Assembly: GCA_963765495.1 (NCBI GenBank) | Contig: CAVXWP010000010.1 | Coordinates: 32,001 to 96,000 of the forward strand | Origin: Blastocatellia bacterium | Lineage (GTDB): Bacteria; Acidobacteriota; Blastocatellia; UBA7656 | Direction: 5' to 3' | Length of the DNA stretch: 64,000 nt | Shown: positions 61,442 through 64,000 of the stretch, one piece after another | How the letters are laid out: each line of letters opens with the position of its first letter | How positions within the stretch are numbered: position 1 is the stretch's first letter | Made by a program: the position numbers and the translations under genes | The notes under the pieces: generated by a model | Databases searched by the model: none | What the model was told of the DNA's origin: nothing | What the model saw: only the letters and a program-made list of their open reading frames with translations

Positions 61442-62447
61442 TCAATCCTCATAGAGGTCCAAGCCATACCCCGTGAGTTGCTTGAAATCTTCGTTGTTGT
61501 GGAGGCCGGCAAAATCGCGATCACGCCGGGCGTGGGAACGGTGAACGGTTCGGAGGGCGATGGCGCGACGTAGAGCATTTAGCGCCTTTGGAACGTCGCT
61601 TATGCGGGCGTGGGCTGCGGCAAGCGAGTAGAGCACATAATCGGCGCGCGGGTCAGATTTAAGCGCCTTCTCGAATAGCTCGATAGATCCCCTGATATTG
61701 CCTCGGTTCATCTCAAAGACACCCCGATTATACAGAGCGTCGGAGTTGCGCGGGACCGGCGGCGTACTTGCAAGCTTCTGCTCGCAAATATTCAAATAAG
61801 TGCGCGCCCCGGCTATGACTTCGGCCTGATCGCCATATTTCGCCAGTATGTTTTCGAATATCGATTGGGCGGCCGAGTAATCCTGGCGATGGAAAAGCTT
61901 CAATCCCTGCTCAAAGGCGTGCACCGCGGCAATCGAATCAGGCGTGGGAGCCTTTTTCGGCTGCGCCTGCGCTCGGCTGGGAGTCTTCTTTGCAACTGCG
62001 GCTTTCTTGATTGCAGCCTTCTTAACTGCCGCCTTCTTAGCCGATGCTTTACCGGCGGTCGTTTTTCGGGCCGCTTCCTTTCGGGCAGGTGTGGCTGCCA
62101 CCGACTTCACGCTCTTCTTTTTGGAAGGGAGTCTTGTCGGGCCTGGCGGCTGCCTTTTTTGTCACAGCCTTTTTTGTCACAGCCTTTTTTGTCACAGCCT
62201 TTTTTGTCACAGCCTTTTTTGTCACAGCCTTTTTTGTGACTGTCTTCTTTACGGGAGCCGCGGATTTTTTAGTCGCTGTGGCGGTAGATTTTTTTGGTTT
62301 AGATTCTGTGGCTTTTTTTGCCTTCGGAGAAGCGGTGATTTTTCCGGGTCGCTGCGGCTTCTTTGTGGCCTTTTTGCCTTTTGTAGCACGAGCCTTCCTG
62401 GCGGCAGGAGAGCGGCTCTTATCGGCTTTTGTGCTAAGGCTACTCAT
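61442..62447 (-). CDS. histone-H1-like Lys/Ala-rich N-terminus + TPR C-terminus, split across two frames (62049-62447 and 61442-62110)
   Basis: KKA-rich sequence continues across a +1 shift near 62125-62130; TPR-like helices YNRGV..YSLAAAHA. Confidence 0.7.
62152..62240 (-). repeat. coding 15-bp tandem repeat (VTKKA)x6
   Basis: GCCTTTTTTGTCACA x5 plus one variant unit. Confidence 0.95.
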
Positions 62448-62834
62448 TATCTCCTCAACGAATAGATTTGTACTTGCTGCGCCACTAAATCCTGCCCCTA
62501 CGCCAGTTTATGTGAAAACTTATATCAGTAATTCACACTCAAGTCAAGAAAATAGCTCCCCTCCTTCAGACCGTCAGATCAACACTGTTTCAATCGCAAA
62601 CTCGCATGAATGAAGACACAAAGATGATGCTAAACCCAGAAATAACAAAGATTAGCCCGACAAGGGTGAAGACCCTCAGATCGCACAGGATTTCACAGGA
62701 ATCAGCTAACCCCTAGTATCTAAAGCCCTAATCCCGGCAATTGCGGCTCGATTGAAGCACCTTTGCTATAAGCGTATAATTTGCAGCCAGTTAGCCGGGG
62801 CAAAGGAGGGATGCGGGTTTAGGGAGATAATTCT

Positions 62835-63680
62835 ATGAAAGATGCAGAAAATGTCGCGCCAGGCTCGCCTGAACATATAACTGCCACACCTCTTCCGCTC
62901 TCGGGGCGCACAGTTATGGTGACCAGAAACCGGTCGCAGGCAGGTGAAATCACCTCGCTGCTCGAAGGGCTTGGCGCGACCGTCACGCACTGTCCTACGA
63001 TAGAAGTGGTCGCGCCGGATGACTGGGCACCGCTTGATCGAGTCCTTGACGAGTTGAACCATTACGATTGGGCGATTTTCACAAGCGCCAACGGAGTAAG
63101 GTTCTTCCTGAAGAGACTGGTCGAAAAAAAGGGCGGCGCGGCCTCGTTTCCAGGCAATCTGTTGACCTGCGCCATAGGACCGGCTACGGCCGGGGCGATG
63201 ACCTCGTCAGGTTTTCGAGTCGATCTGATTCCCGATGAATCCGTAGCCGAAGGGGCGCTCAGGGCTATCATCGACCGGGCTGGGGGAGAGGAAAAGATTC
63301 GCGGGCTGAAATTCCTTTTGCCGAGAGCACGAGTGGCCAGAGATTACCTGCCCGCCGCGCTTGGCAGGCTTGGCGCTCAGGTTGATGCGGTCGAAGCATA
63401 CCAGACCGTTAAACCCGACATTGACGGCGAAGCGATTCTCAGCCGGATAAAAGAAGGCGGCATAAGCGCAATAACATTTACCAGTTCTTCGACCGTTTCT
63501 AATTTCGCAGACCTCGTCGGCTTGAAAGATTTATCAGTCCTGCTTAGAGATATTCGAGTCGCCTGCATAGGCCCGGTCACAGCCGCGACCGCCGCCCGAT
63601 ATGGCCTTGAAGAAGTAATTCAACCTGAAATTTATACGGCGGCTGCAATGGTAGAAGCGCTCCGACAGGCAATCGAATGA
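62835..63680 (+). CDS. hemD: uroporphyrinogen-III synthase
   Basis: VMVTR, FTSANGV, AIGPAT, AYQT, FTSSSTV, CIGPVT. Confidence 0.93.
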   Translation: MKDAENVAPGSPEHITATPLPLSGRTVMVTRNRSQAGEITSLLEGLGATVTHCPTIEVVAPDDWAPLDRVLDELNHYDWAIFTSANGVRFFLKRLVEKKGGAASFPGNLLTCAIGPATAGAMTSSGFRVDLIPDESVAEGALRAIIDRAGGEEKIRGLKFLLPRARVARDYLPAALGRLGAQVDAVEAYQTVKPDIDGEAILSRIKEGGISAITFTSSSTVSNFADLVGLKDLSVLLRDIRVACIGPVTAATAARYGLEEVIQPEIYTAAAMVEALRQAIE

Positions 63681-63756
63681 TCTGTTGATCGAGAGATGTC
63701 TGCAATGTTGTTCCCGACCTCCGTTCATATGAACAGTCGCAGAGCGGAAAGTCTTT

Positions 63757-64000
63757 ATGAACAAACAATCAAGTTTTATTACCATCTTTTTCGCTCTAGT
63801 CTGCACCCTGAACTCGATGACAGTGAATACAGTCGCGGCTGGAGGCATATTCTTTCAGGATCGCCAGAAGAGCGAAGACGATCAGCAAGCTTTAAAGCTT
63901 AAGGCAACGCTCGTTCAAATCCCCGTAGTCGTCACAGACGCAAGCGGGAAGTTTGTTACAGATTTGACCGAAGACGATTTTACAATATCGGAGGACGGCA
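63757..64000 (+). CDS. VWA-domain protein N-terminus (partial, runs off the right edge)
   Basis: Hand translation: MNKQSSFITIFFALVC...LKATLVQIPVVVTDASGKFVTDLTEDDFTISEDG. Confidence 0.85.
   Translation, partial: MNKQSSFITIFFALVCTLNSMTVNTVAAGGIFFQDRQKSEDDQQALKLKATLVQIPVVVTDASGKFVTDLTEDDFTISEDG

Overview
Bacterial chromosomal window, most consistent with Acidobacteriota (two Acidobacteria-type VWA proteins). Most genes are housekeeping or signalling: aceE-aceF-lpdA, xth, two phosphohexomutases plus glgP, yvcK-glmU-glmS, trxB, hemD, a class A PBP, DacB, two two-component clusters, two RRM proteins and a fused xanthine dehydrogenase-family enzyme. I saw no rRNA, tRNA, CRISPR array or transposase. 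The most unusual signals are: (1) about 15 intergenic elements built from 7-, 8- or 9-bp periodic units, mostly inverted hairpins, several overlapping stop codons; (2) a CAGGG-ended MITE family with 9-10 bp target duplications, one copy carrying a nested hairpin; (3) a RecA/KaiC-REC-degenerate GGDEF protein with BcsE-like architecture; (4) four sigma-54-type promoters, including a divergent pair driving an 8-Cys secreted mini-protein and an M48 protease; (5) a histone-H1-like/TPR gene split by a +1 frameshift. All calls come from reading motifs by eye, without database searches.
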